A stretch of 64,000 nt of DNA. It comes from Octopus vulgaris. Lineage: Eukaryota. Shown here piece after piece: positions 40,306 through 54,761 of the stretch (within the stretch, counting starts at the first letter, position 1; every line of letters begins with the position of its first letter). Both the position numbers and the translations under genes were made by a program. The notes under the pieces were generated by a model that was given only the letters and a program-made list of their open reading frames with translations, did no database searches and was not told where the DNA came from. The stretch lies in NCBI GenBank assembly GCA_951406725.2, contig OX597816.1, positions 48,980,001 to 49,044,000 of the forward strand. Reading direction: 5' to 3'.

Positions 40306-40615
40306 GTGTGTGTGTGTGTGTGTATGTGTGTGTTTGTAAATATCTCTCTTTGTATATATATATATATAAATCTATATGTGACTACTTTCCAGTTTATGAT
40401 GATGAAAGTCAGACATAAGGCTTTGGTTGCCCTGGGTCCTCTACCACCACACTATCCTTATTCTCACTACTTCAGCAGCTGCCAGTACTAGCACTCTCCT
40501 CCTCCTCCTCATCATCATTATCATTAACAGCAGCAATTATTGAAGAAGAGGAATAGATTATTGTGAAATTATTCAGGAAATCAAGTTTATTCATTTTTTG
40601 TATTTTGTTTCACAG

Positions 40616-40725
40616 GAGATCATATATGAGTTTCCATTCCATAATGATAAAGTCAGTCATGTGAGAGGAATGTTCATCACCCTGAATAAAGTACTGGAAG
40701 AAATTGTTCAAAGCCAAACACAGTG
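40616..40725 (+). CDS. INTU: Inturned exon (EIIYEFPFHNDKVSHVRGMFITLNKVLEEIVQSQTQ), longin domain 1
   Basis: ttttgtttcacag| ... TG|GTAAGT. Matches the INTU longin-1 motif Y.YP...VRGIFLTL.D.L (recalled from memory). Confidence 0.93.
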
Positions 40726-41037
40726 GTAAGTATATAATATATATATACATACATGCATACACATATACACACACACACAATATATATGTGTATGCATGTG
40801 TATCTCTCTAGGTGTGTGTTCATTATTATATATGCTCCTTACTATTTTTACTCTTTTACTTGTTTCAGTCATTTGACTGCGGCCTTGCTGAAGCACTGCC
40901 TTTAGTTGAGCAAATCGACCCTGGGATTTACTCTTTGTAAGCCTAGTACTTATTCTATTGTACTTTTTTGCCAAACCACTAAGTGACAGGGACATAAACA
41001 CACTAGCATTGGTTGTCAAGCAATGCTAGGGGAACAA

Positions 41038-41075
<38 letters not shown>

Positions 41076-42039
41076 ATATATATATATATATAGATATATA
41101 TATACGATGGGCTTCTTTCAGTTTCCGTCTACCAAATCTACTCACAAGCCTTTGGTTGACCTGTGGCTATAGTAGAAGACACTTGCCCAAGGTGCCATGC
41201 AGTGGGACTGAACCCGGAACCATGTGGTTGGTAAGCAAGCTACTTACCACACAGTCACTTCTGCGCCTATATGTTTATATACTAAATTTTTAAACAACTT
41301 TTCTTCATTCTTTAAGACTTGTAGCATTTTCCTGGTTTTTAATTTCTAATTTTATACTTTTAATTTATGTATTATTATTTTTTTTACCTGTTGTTTATAT
41401 TTTAAATTAATTTTTATTTGATTTTTCTCTAATTTTTCTTCTCTCCTTGAAATTGCACCTTTTCTCTGATTTTGTTCATACCTTCCTTCCATGCAGTAGC
41501 ATCTAACACCCATACACTTGCATTCACTTCTGGCACCACCTCCACATTCTCTTACCTTCCTAATTTCTTCACACTCACACCTGCTCCTAACTCCTCTCCT
41601 GTATGCTTTCCATATAACAGCTACACACACACATAACAATATTTCATGTTCGTTCTTCCCAATGCCACTATACTTTTGCAATTGCACACTTCTTTACACT
41701 ACCTCCCACAAAAAAATTCCACACACACATCACTCACTCCATATACCTGTCTCCAAACCTAGATGCACACCTATGCTTGCATTTACACACCCACTCCTCC
41801 GCCTTTAACTTCTTCACAGAGCAACATTCCCACCTGGCTCCTAAAACTTTCATCTGTATTTTTAACGACTTTTGATCTTTCTCACACATTCTACGGTCAC
41901 TCTGTCTCCTGTTGAGGGAGTAATAACCAAAATGTTAAGACACTTTCCTTTTTTACATGTTAGATCAATATGTTTTTAAGCTCTTCCTGTTCTGTTTTGT
42001 CTTTTTTATTTCTCTTATAGTACATTGCATTTAAAATGT

Positions 42040-42073
<34 letters not shown>

Positions 42074-43151
42074 TTGCCCTTTTCAAGCCTAACCAGGCTC
42101 ATGGGCCTGGTTTCTCAGTTTTGTGGCATATGTGTTCCTCCAAGCTGGACGGGATGCCAGTCCATCGCAGCGTTACTCAAGAAACAGGAAGAGAGATTGA
42201 GAGAAAGTTGGGGTGAAAGAGTACAACAGGGGTCATCACCTGCCCCTGCTGGAGCCACGTGGAGCTTTTAGGTGTTTTCGCTCAATAAACACACCAACGC
42301 CCAGTCTGGGATCGAAACCCCAATCCTCTGACCGCGAGTCTGCTGCCTGAACCACTGGGCCATTGCTCGAATGGTGCCTCTTACATGCCACCGGCACAGA
42401 AGCCAGTTAGCTGCTCTGGCAACGATCACGCTCGGATGGGGCTCTTAGTACCCTACTAACATGGGGCACAAGTGCCAGTAAGGCGAAGCTGGTATCGATC
42501 ACACTCGAATGGTGCCTTTTATGTGCCACTGGCACAGAAGCCAGTTCGCTGCTCTGTCAACGATCATGCTTGTATGGTGCACGTGCCTGTCATCGAATTT
42601 CACTTTGATTTTGATTTCGATTTCATTTATATATCATCATCATCATCATCATCGTTTAATGTCCGTTTTCCATGCTAGCATGGGTTGGATGGTTCAACTG
42701 GGGTCTAGGAAGCCAGAAGGCTGCGCCAGGCCCAGTCTGATCTGGCAGTGTTTCTACAGCTGGATGCCCTTCCTAACGCCAACCACTCCGTGAGTGTAAA
42801 TATATATATATATGTCATGGTTCTTTAAGTTTCTGTTTACAAGGCTTTGGTCGGCCTGAGGCGATAGTAGAAGACATTTGTCCAAAGTGCCATGCAGTGG
42901 GGCTTAATCCAGAACCATGAAGTTGGTAAGCAAGCAACTTACCACACAACCACTCCTGATATATATATTTATGATTATGCCTATGTATATACATAAAAGG
43001 TTGTCAAGTATGAAATTTGTAGTATGGTATATGGTAAATTTTGACAGCTGTTCAGTTTGTACCATCAGTATATTTTGACAATCCATATTTTTTGTTAGAA
43101 AGCTGACACATTTATTTCTTTATTCTAACACATTTTGTGCTTTATGAAGTA

Positions 43152-43717
43152 TTGGATTGTCCAGAGAGTTCATGCTGATTTTTAAAGGAAAGAAAAAGGC
43201 CAATAGATACTTGCCATTACATTTTTAATCAACCACATATGAACCATTTTGTTGCACAATGCATCTCCATCTTTCCTTTAACTTGAAAATACCCTCTTCC
43301 CAGAATTGAGGTGGTTTCATGGCAAAGAATTCATCAAGGTATCTTTTTATGTCATCCAAAGAATTGAAATTTTTACCATTAAGACTATTCTACAGAGACC
43401 TGAATAAGTGGAAATCCAAAGAAGCAATATCTGGTGAATATGGAAGGTGGGGTAACACATCCCAGCTGAGCTGCAGCAATTTTTGTCTGGTTCCCAAAGC
43501 ATCAAGTGCCGAAAATGAACTTTCTTATCTTCCATTTTAAAGGATTACAGAATTAACACAGGTTATAGGAACATAAACCTTCTTCCCCGAAAAGATAGCT
43601 TAAACTGTGCTCTAAATGAAGGTGTAGTCAAATCCTATTTTCTGGACTCAACCATGTTCTAAAATAAGTCGAAAGGTAAACTACTATAAATCGGCACAAA
43701 CTTTCTGGACAACCCAA
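43152..43717 (-). mobile_element. Internally deleted mariner element with ~30-bp TIRs and TA TSD
   Basis: TA|ttggattgtccagagagttcatgctgattt ... aaatcggcacaaactttctggacaacccaa|TA. Retains the transposase start (MEDKKVHFRHLML) and end (YSPDIA..DFHLFRSL). Confidence 0.88.
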
Positions 43718-43719
43718 TA

Positions 43720-44370
43720 TTTATAAATCGTTTTTTACTATTTTTGTTTAGAGATGGATCAGTTGGAAATTCATACAGTTTTGAAATATGAGTTCTTTTA
43801 CAGACAGCTCAGAATATTAATGGAGTATTTCATTCTAATGTTATTACACAGCAGACAGTATCACATTGGTTTGCAAACTTTCATTCTGGTAACTTTCGCC
43901 TCACAAATGAGCAATGCAGTCGACTGCAAACAAAGGTGGATAATGTTGAACTGCAAGCCACCGTCGAGTCAGATCCATCTCAAAGTGCCCGTGAATTATC
44001 ATTGTTGTTTGATGTTAGAAAGCAAACAATATTGACTCACCTAATTCAAATTGGTAAAGTGAAAAAGTTCGATAAGTGGATTCCACAGGAACACAATGAA
44101 AATCAGAAAAAGCAACATTTGGAAGCCTGTATTATACTACTTTCTCATCACAAAAATGAATCATTTTTGGATCGAATTGTAGCATGCGATGAAAAATGGA
44201 TCCAATACAACAACTGGAAATGGTCAGCACAATGGTTGGATGAAAACGAGTCACCAAAACACAGTCCAAAAAGCAAAATTCATCAAATGAAGCTGATAAT
44301 GTGTGTTTGGTGGTCTAGTGCAGGTGTGATCCATTATGATTTCATTAAACCTGGCTCATCAATTACAGCC
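43720..44370 (+). mobile_element. Decayed mariner transposase fragment, truncated by a SINE tail
   Basis: WIPQEH...FLDRIVACDEKWIQYNN...CVWWSSAGVIHYDFIKPG. Confidence 0.9.
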
Positions 44371-46607
44371 AGGGCAAAAGAGACTGATAGAATAAGTGCT
44401 AGGCTTACAAAGAATAAGTCCTGGGGTCAATTTGCTCGACTAAAGATGGTGCTCCAGCATGGCCACAGTCAAATGTCTGAAACAAGTAAAAGAGTAAAGT
44501 CTAAAGAGAGATAGCTTTTCATGTAAGTTAGGGAAATCCTAGTAACTATGTGTAGTAAGATAAAATTTCTTAAACCTCCTTTGTGGTATTTGATGGATTC
44601 AATAGTACTAAACCTTTCAAACATTTTAATGATTTACTTACGAAATTTAGCTTTATAAGAAAAAAAAAAGGGGTATATAAAAATTTTTGCATAGTATTTT
44701 CCTGAGATGTGGAGGTGCAATGGCCCAGTGGTTAGGGCAGCGGACTCATGATCGGAGGATCGCAGTTTCAATTCCCAGACCAGGCGTTGTGTGTGTCTTT
44801 TGAGTGAAAACACTTAAATGCTCCACAAGGCTCCGGCAGGGGGTGGTGGCCACCTCTATTGTACTCTTTTGCCCCAACTTTCTCTCACTCTTTCTTCCTG
44901 TTTCTTGAGTAACACTGCGATGGACTGGTGTCCCATCCAGCTGGGCGGGGGGACACATATGCCATAGAAACAGAGAAACCGAGCCCCATGAGCCTGGCTA
45001 GGCTTGAAAAGGTCGCATAAAAAATAAAAATATTTTCCTGAGATATCATTAGGTAAAATGGTTGGTAAACACTGTGGGGAGTTTTCCCTCTCAGCAAGCT
45101 GAGTGAGCACTTGCATTTGCTAACTCTGGTTTCGTATATATGGCTTGTATAATAAAACAAGATTAAAGCGTTTTACTTTTTTTACTCGCAGTGTATTTTG
45201 TATAGATATACCCAATATAACCTATTTGCTTATTGCTATGTAAGTGCATGACTATCCTTTGACTTCTCTGCTATGAGATTTTTTAATTTTCAATTGATAT
45301 TCTTTAATTACCCAAGCTTAACCAGATTCTTACGTTCTGACGATAACTTTCGTCACTCACTTTGAATTACTCAAAGATAACAGGCAAGGTCATGCAAGTT
45401 AAGAAAATTTTAATTGCTTCAATCAAAAGCTAATATAGTTGATAGTGAAAGCAATAGAACTGCATCTATTCATGGTTTCATTTAAAACTATATTTTTACA
45501 AGTTTCATCTACATTAAAGATTCATTTATTGAATAATTTTATCACATAATTAAAAATAAGATAAAATTACACCGGAATCTGAACTTTGATAGTCTTGAAT
45601 TCTTTGAAATAAGTATAAGCTGAATATACTTGACTCTTTTAATATCGATTGTTTGTAAACATGAAGTCTTGGCTTCTGTCGTTTAAACTGATTATGGAAA
45701 GTGAAGATTCCAGAATCACTTTATTTAGATCAAATCAAATAATCGTTCAATTTCATCCTTCATTGCACCAATCTATTTTTCTAAACAAACAACTGGAAAA
45801 ATCTCAATAACATTAACTGAAACTACTTAATTGCAAAGAAAATAATTAACTGGTTGTTATAACAGATTTGATGTTATATGTTTTTCCATACATCATTCTG
45901 AGACATCTGTGTCACATCATCAGTGAAGCTTCCTTGGGTCATTGGGTATTTTGGGTTTCTTAACAATTAGAGAGCCTCACCCAAGTAACGCTGTCAGGGT
46001 TGATCAAGCTTTAGCTTGATTTCAGTTAGCATTACCATTCCAAAGCTCATACTTCCTGATGCTCAGCCACCTTGATGTAACCATAGTCAACTTGAAGGAT
46101 ATCTGCAATTCCAGCAGGTTGATCGAGCCAGCATGCTGTGGGTTCAGCAAAACAGACTGACCTCAAAATGCTCTGCACCTCAAAATTCTGGTGTTTTGAA
46201 ACATTACATAAGTAACCAAATTATGGAATTACATGGCGAATTTGCAGATCCATCACAGTTGTTGTTTTCAATGCTTTTGACTTTGTGGAACATTTTATAT
46301 AAAAGTAAAAAATTGATGGTTTCCCATGTTTTATAAGTCATTCAAAATTGGGCATAAAGCATTTTTCACAATGCTCATCCATCAACATGGATATTCTAAA
46401 ACCTCAAATTATATATTTAAAAGTCCTTGGTATATAGGTGCAGGAGTGGCTGTGTGGTAAGTAGCTTGCTTACCAACCACATGGTTCTGGGTTGAGTCCC
46501 ACTGTGTGGCACCTTGGGCAAATGTCTTCTACTATAGCCTTAGGCTGACCAAAGCCTTGTGAGTGGATTTGGTAGTTGGAAACTGAAAGAAGCCCATCGT
46601 ATATATG

Positions 46608-46645
<38 letters not shown>

Positions 46646-47203
46646 AGTATATTTGTGTTTGTGTGTCTGTGTTTGTCCCCCCAACATCGCTTGACAACCG
46701 ATGCCGGTGTGTTTATGTCCCCGTAACTTAGTGGCTTGGCAAAAGAGATTGATAGAATAAGTAATAGGTTTACAAAGAATAAGTTCTGGGGTCGATTTGC
46801 TCGACTAAAGGCGGTACTCCAGCATGGCCACAGTCAAATGACTGAAACAAGTAAAAGAGTAAAGAGAGTATCTCTAAGTTACAATTTGTGATGCACCAGA
46901 GCGACACAGCACACTACACTGTGTTAGTGCTTCAAACGAAATGCTAGTGAGCCTAGTATTTGACCGTAGTTTATTTTATCAACCCCAAAAGGAAGAAAAG
47001 CAAAGATGATCGCAGTGAGATTTGAACTCAGAATGTAAATTATCAGAACAAACACTACAGAATTTTCCCAATGCTTTTACAGTCCGCTAGCTCACCTCTT
47101 CAAATAATAATTATTTCTAATTAAGGCACAAGATCAAGTAATTTGAGATGACGTGGTCAGTTGCTGCCCTTGTGACAAAATTTGAAACCTTTATTATTAT
47201 TAC

Positions 47204-47258
<55 letters not shown>

Positions 47259-47541
47259 GTTATTATTATTATTATTGTCAAGATGGCAGCGAGCTGGCAG
47301 AATCGTCACCGTGCCGGGAAAAATGCCTAGCGGCATTTCGTCCGTCTCCTATGTTCTGAGTTCAAATTCTGCTGATGTCGACTTTGCCTTTTTTCGTTTC
47401 GGGGTCGATAAAATAAGCACCAGTTAAACATTGGGGACGATGTAATCGACTAACCCCACTTCTCCCAAAATTTGAAATGATTATCATCATCATCATCATT
47501 ATTATTACGGTGAAGCAATATCCCCTTGTATCTATTTACAG

Positions 47542-47631
47542 TTCAAATCTGGTGTACCATCATCAGCTGATCAACGTATCATATTACAAAGATGACAACA
47601 GTACCCTTTTGTTAGTGCTGCCAACAGATTT
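47542..47631 (+). CDS. INTU: Inturned exon (CSNLVYHHQLINVSYYKDDNSTLLLVLPTD)
   Basis: tctatttacag| ... TT|GTAAGT, phase 2/2. Resembles INTU SSL...IHVAY.KE...LLLIGLP (recalled from memory). Confidence 0.9.
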
Positions 47632-47867
47632 GTAAGTTTCGATATTCTATCATTCATATTTTGTCTTACGTTAATTAATGAGTTAATTGGATATATAATT
47701 AATTAATTAATCGATTAACTTTGTAATTAATTAATTCATTAATTAGCTATATAATTAATTAATTCATATATTCTGTCGTTTTCACTACCAGCATTGTTTT
47801 CTTGGGAATGTCGAATATATCTAATTATTCAACAGAAAGTCTATTTGTTTTAAATACTCACCCCAGC

Positions 47868-47899
<32 letters not shown>

Positions 47900-48174
47900 G
47901 TATGTATGTATGTATGTATGTATGTATGTATGTATGTATGTATGTATGTATGTATGTATGTATGCATGCATGCATGTATGTATGTATGTATGTATATATA
48001 TATATGTATGTATATATATATGTATGTATCTGGGTAATATAATTGTAAATACACACACACGCGCACAGTGGGATAGAGAGAGAGTTTTACAGGATCAGTT
48101 AAAAAAGCCAAAACCCCCCAAAACCATGCACTCAATTCAACTATAATGAATTAATAATCATTTAATAAATACAG

Positions 48175-48260
48175 GTGTTATGAGTGAGCTGCTGCAGGTA
48201 TCATTCTAGAAACGCTTTATATTCTTCTTACCCTCTTATATCTGAAATTAGGTGTTGCGT
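48175..48260 (+). CDS. INTU: Candidate next inturned exon with an in-frame TGA (LCYE*AAAGIILETLYILLTLLYLKLGVA); 3' boundary uncertain
   Basis: Phase-compatible AG at 48173-48174, but the polypyrimidine tract is weak. The peptide after the TGA resembles the next INTU helix. No strong donor is seen. Confidence 0.4.
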
Positions 48261-50604
48261 GTACAATCCAGCGATCATTCAAGCCCTTGTAATATGGCTA
48301 CTCATTGAGAATGTACGGGAATACATGTGAAAAAAGAAGAAACGTTCGAACCTAAATGAGGATAATTCTGTTCTTGGAAGCTAGGATAGCGTTTAATTAT
48401 CACACGAGGATTTGTCAGAAAATGTTCTAATTTTAAAGGAAGAATATTGCTAATTATTATTATTATTATTATTGTCAAGATGGCAGCGAGCTGGCAGAAT
48501 CGTCACTGTGCCGGGTAAAAAATGCTTAGTGGCATTTCGTCCGCCTCCTATGTTCTCAGTTCAAATTCTGCTGAAGTCGACTATGGCAAAATGACCATTC
48601 CGAAATACAACAAATATTGCTAATATTAAGTGCATATGGCTAAGAGAGACGAAATGAGTTTTATATTTGTGAGTATGTGAGTCAGTATTGAACATGGAAG
48701 TTTACAGTTTCAATTTAGAGTATCGAGAGAATGTAAAAATCCATGGCTAGCACTTGAATAGGCGAATTGCTAATTTGTATCGAACTTTGTGAGAGGGAGG
48801 GCTTTTCAGTTTGATAAAAGAAATTTGTCTAGATGCATACATCTTGTTAACATCTCTGATCTCGAGTTTAGATAGTCAGTGATATCCTTCAACTTAATTA
48901 ATTTGTGTGCGGAGTTTGAACGTAGAAGGTAATGTCGGACGAAATGCTGCTAAGAATTTTGTTCATCTTACTGACGATGAACAATAAAGACTTATAATAA
49001 AAATACCAAAGAAGAAGTAAATGAGAACGTGAGAATGGGGCGCAAGGGAATTATAATAAATAGGTAATTAATGTGCCAGTGATGATAGGGTTTGTATGCA
49101 TATTTGGTGAGGCGAACTTTATATTCTATGTCTAACATATTGGTACAGGGTTCTGGTTCGTTGTTAACACTTTGCCGCTCCGAAGCATTTTCATAAATTT
49201 GCCCTAAACGTCCTTTCTTGTTTTTAGACTGTTATTTAGCCCATGTTTCATACGTTCCGAGTTATATAAAGCTTTCCTTTCATAAGTTCCAAGTTACTGA
49301 AAAAACTTGAGATTGTGCACCATATATGATGCATGGAAGCCAGAGAAATATTTCTTTGTTTATCACTCGGGACACACAAGAGAAGCAAAGGGTTAAAATC
49401 AATGTCATGAAGTTATTTTTCTGGGATTTGAATGGGATGGTAGTTATATTTCAAACCACTCCAATATGGATATATTCCAAAGTGTTGCGTGATGCATATA
49501 AAAGTAGCTTCTTTTGAGAACATTTTTGAATAATCATTAATAATCATATTAAATTTTGAGTTGGTTAGATTTATCGTCAAGTTTTATAGTTCTGAATTGT
49601 ATAGAAAAATCTACTTTATAAGTATTTGCCAAAATCTTAACAGTGATCAGTATTCATTGCTTATAAACTCACGAATCTATTTATCGAAACCCACCTAACG
49701 ATATCTAATTTAAATTTAGCATTAATCTTAAAGCTAATTCTAACCCTTAATATGATCTAATACTTCTAAGTCAAAATCGGAAAATCTGGATTAAAACCGA
49801 ACAGTAGGAAAACCAACACGCAACTGCATATCTTACAAGACAATGGAGGTAGCAGGGAAAATGTCATTTCATGGAAGAAGCTTTAATTAGGAGAATTCTG
49901 TGAGCTGGAGATTATATAAAACAATAAAAAGGAAGGAAAGGAGAATCGAGGAGTATGTAAGAAAGGACAAATCTCGAAGAGAGGTCGTTATCTGCTTAGT
50001 TTTTATATCTTCAGCAAATGGGAGACAGTGAAAACTGTGAAACTGATTTAAAATATAAATTAACCCTTTCAATTCGCTACCATGAATCAGGAAATGTTGT
50101 TTATCTATAATCAAATGTACTGTTATAAATAAACCTAGTTATATAACTATTTAACTATTTGAGTTCTATATCTATTTAAGGTAGAAAACATTAAGAGCTG
50201 ATATGCGCCTATACATACACACATATCCTTTCATTGACCTTCAACTCTTGATAAAATAGTAGGGGTGCCGTTATGGTATATGGTATATCTAGGGTGCCTA
50301 AGGCTGATGGGGCCCGTCCCTCTCGAGATCTGATTAAAGCTGATTCTTCCGGAATGAGAGAGAGAGAGAGAAAGAGAGAGAGTGAGAGAGAAAGAGGAGG
50401 GAGAGAAGAATTTACTAATGTAGTGGACTAGTATTTATTGAGCTCCGAAAGGATCAAAAGCACAACCAGAAGAAATGCAGACTATTGATTCACCTACTCC
50501 ATCTTTGAAATGAACTTTGTATAGTGTTACACCACACATGCTTAATAACCATATATTCACAGCTGCGCTGGACAAAACAGAATAGACTAGAGACTAGCTG
50601 TTGC

Positions 50605-50661
<57 letters not shown>

Positions 50662-51017
50662 CACATTGCCCCTTGGGCATGTGTTTTCTATAAACCTAGG
50701 CCAACTAAATCTTATGTGTAGGTTTGGTAGACAGAAACTGAAAGAAATCCGTTGTGTGTGTGTGTGTATATAATAATAAATAAATGCGCCCTTTTAAAGC
50801 CTAGCCAGGCTCATGGGACCGGTTTCTCAGCTTCAATGGCGTATGTGTTCCCCAGCTGGACGGTACGCCAGTCCATCGCAGCGTTACTCATTTTTGCCAA
50901 CTGAGTGGACTGGAGCAACGTGAAATGAAGTGTTTTGCGTCGCCCGCTCCAGGAATCGAAATCACAGTCTTACGATCATGATGCGGACACCCTAACCACT
51001 AAGCCACGCGCCTCCAC

Positions 51018-51109
<92 letters not shown>

Positions 51110-52617
51110 ATGTGTATGTATGTATACATACGTGTGTATGTGCGCTTAATCTACATAAATTTACATTGTTTTAATCCGTCCACTTCTGATGATGGACCTT
51201 TGCGCTTGCAGCCCATGAAGTTACTTAGCTTTCCTTTTTCACACTGTAAGAACTTCTTCGTTTGCATTATTTGCAATTTTTTGTTTTCTTATTTATAAAT
51301 GAATTTATTGAGCACTCTCGTGAACAGCGTATTGCCTGAATAGTTTCGATCACAGAAGATAATATGTGATTTCTTCTTGCCAGAAGGTGCACTTTATCCT
51401 ACGATAATATATTCAAGAGGACAACAAAGAAGATATATCTCAATCGGCAATCTTTTTGTTCTTTGCAGCTATTTTCAGTATAAAACTGTCAAAACATTCT
51501 AAACACTATAAAAATAGTACACTTTAGTATTAAGTTCTTGAGAAATAGTCTTTTGACTCAGTTGCTTTACTTGTCCATTTGCCATATAGTTTCAGTGATT
51601 GTTATGTTTTCCACTCTACATTATTCTTCACTATGAACTGTTCTGTCTTATTACTCATTCGACGAATTGTTGAAAAGAAACTAGGAAATGAGAAACAACT
51701 AGAAATGACTTTCAGCTAACAGATGCAACAAAGACACTTGCCGAAAGCTTGAATACGTTAAATTCAGTGTTCTATCAACTCCGTGGAAATAAGGAAGAAA
51801 AACAATAAAAAAATAAAAACGCTTTTAGAGATTAGGAAGAAGATAACTTCTGTGTTTCAGAAATTCAAATAGTTTTCCTACATCAAATAAGTAAGAGCGT
51901 ACAGACGTCAACATTCAGTAAATGCCATTGCAGACGTTACATTAAACGAAGTTGGTAGACCGATAATTTCGAGCAATCCATATCGAAATCAATAATGTAT
52001 TTAACAAAACTAGCTGCTAGCATATTTCAACACAATAGTACAAACAAATTGCAATTTGAAAATTTGGGAGAAAGAATTCAGAAATATACGTTATGTTCAC
52101 CAAGCATGCCTATGCTATCCACTTCTCTTGGTTAATAAGGCTCTAGGAATTTGGTGAATAGGAAACGCAATCAATCTCAGTTGGCATTTGCGATAATATC
52201 TCTATTTATTTACATGCCCTGTGTCAGGATGAGATCTCTCAAGTGCTGTAAAGCTATTCATCCCAATGGATGAATTTCTCTGACCTTCCTTTAACATCTA
52301 GTTTGAGTTTGGCAGCTGCTATAAGGCTTTTTCTGTAGCTGCTGATAACTGCACTACGTTGCAGATAGAAGACATAACAAGAAATGAAATAAATACAGAT
52401 ATTGCTGTTTGTAATCTGAGTTATGGTTAAAGTTATTGTTAAGTATGGTTAAGAGGTTCGCGTCACAACAAAGTAGTTCTCTGTCTGATCCAACTCCACA
52501 ACATATGAGGCAAGTCTCTTTCTTCTCCCGTAAGCTCGGGTTCGTCGATGGTTTGAGAGTGAAATTTAAAAGTAGGATACTGTGTAGAATCCCATTATTT
52601 ATATATATATATATATA

Positions 52618-53799
52618 GAAAATAGTAAAAAGTGAAAAAACTACAGAAGGCTTAAATGTTAAAAAATATATATTTGCGTCAATATGTCTGAAGAATATTA
52701 AAAAAAATTTTCTCTTATAATGACATAGTTTTGAAGAAAGACCGGTTTCGCGTTTAGCTTTTCAAATTTCTTACGACGTTATGTTTATGTTGAATAGAGT
52801 TATCGTTATGTTTATGTTCAAAAGAGTTCTAAATAAGGGGAGATAATGAGTGATTTCTTCCGGTGTAAGGGAGATAATCGCTTAAAAATTTTTTCCTTTC
52901 CCTTGGTGTGAATTTCTCTGTATCAGTATGTTGGGATGGTTAAGTCTGGGCTTGTACTTTTCAATGAAGAATGTTTCCTTGTTTAGTCTAATTTGTGTTG
53001 ATGATCCGATAGCACATTGGTAAAATGGAAAGATTAAAAATTGTGGTAGTAGTTGCTTTGCGCATTTCTCAATGTGCTCACTAAAAGGTATCATTCTGTA
53101 TTCTGGGAATGCAATCTGTTGTCGATGCAGTGTGCATCTACGTCTGAGTGATAGTCCCGTGGATCCCACGTAGTCTTGGTGGCAGCCCGAGCATTTTATG
53201 ACATAAATTATGTTTTCAGAGGCACAAGTAAAGTTAGATTTGATCTTGAATTTCTGTCCCTCTTTAAAGAGGAATTCTGATCCTTCTAGCAGGTTTGGAC
53301 ATGTTGCACAGTTCAATCTACCACATTTTTTTACTTTTGCATCCGTAATTTCAGAAGACAATTTTGCCTTTGTGAGAATCTTTTTAAGTGATTTGGATTG
53401 TTTGTAGCTTTTAATGATTTGGTGTATGTTTAGAATTTCCTTTAATTTGGGGTCCTTATGAAGTATTGGTAAATTCTGGGTGATGATGGTGAAGGCTTCT
53501 TTGTTTCTGGGGTTGTATGTAGATATGTAAGGTAGTATTTTCGGGGAAGGTGTGTTGTTGTGTTGAACTTTTCTTAAAGTTTCTATGTTGATTTCTGTTG
53601 CACGTCTGATCCCATCCTCTATGAGTTGAGCTGGGTAATGTCTGTCAATTAGGGTGTTTTTGAGTTCTTGCAGTCTAATGTTCTTGGTATTTTGTTCTGA
53701 CACTATTGTGCATATCCTTCTTGCAAGGTTGAAGGGGATGTTTGTTTTAGTGTGTCTTGGGTGGCATGAATTTAAAAGTAGGATACTGTGTAGAATCCC

Positions 53800-53803
<4 letters not shown>
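52618..53803 (-). mobile_element. 5'-truncated Penelope-like element: RT thumb + GIY-YIG endonuclease (open frame 52882-53802) and 3' tail
   Basis: [21 protein letters not shown]...[30 protein letters not shown]...LRRRCTLH...[17 protein letters not shown]. Flanked by (TA)n. The N-terminal YIYI part of the listed ORF is microsatellite. Confidence 0.92.
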
Positions 53804-54512
<709 letters not shown>

Positions 54513-54698
54513 TATAATTAGGGCTTAGTAAAATAAATTACTTTGCCACATACTGAACTTAGTAGAAATAGCAGCCAAAAAAAAAATTTTCTTAGCATTA
54601 CTACTACTTAAAGAAAATTCTCTCAGATAATGTTTACTCTAGACAGCTCACGAAGGTTTGGGGGTAAATACAGAAAAATATCACAAGTACATAGATCG

Positions 54699-54761
54699 TT
54701 TGAGTACGTCTACGTTTCAAGATTAGTCAAATGAAATCAGCATTTCTTTCGTCAGCTCAAA
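54699..54761 (-). ncRNA. Type I hammerhead ribozyme
   Basis: Minus strand: UUUGAG-CUGACGA-AAGA...UCUU-GAAA-CG uaga CG-UA^-CUCAAA. Confidence 0.82.

Noticed and set aside
45830-46430. Possibly degraded transposase-like coding sequence
   Set aside because: Multiple stops and no motif I can assign with confidence.
48185-48187. Selenocysteine reading of the INTU TGA
   Set aside because: No SECIS is recognisable, and INTU is not a known selenoprotein.
51180-51230. ctgatga-tgg...cca-tgaag possible hammerhead
   Set aside because: No GAAA, no stem III or NUH site, and no stem I pairing.
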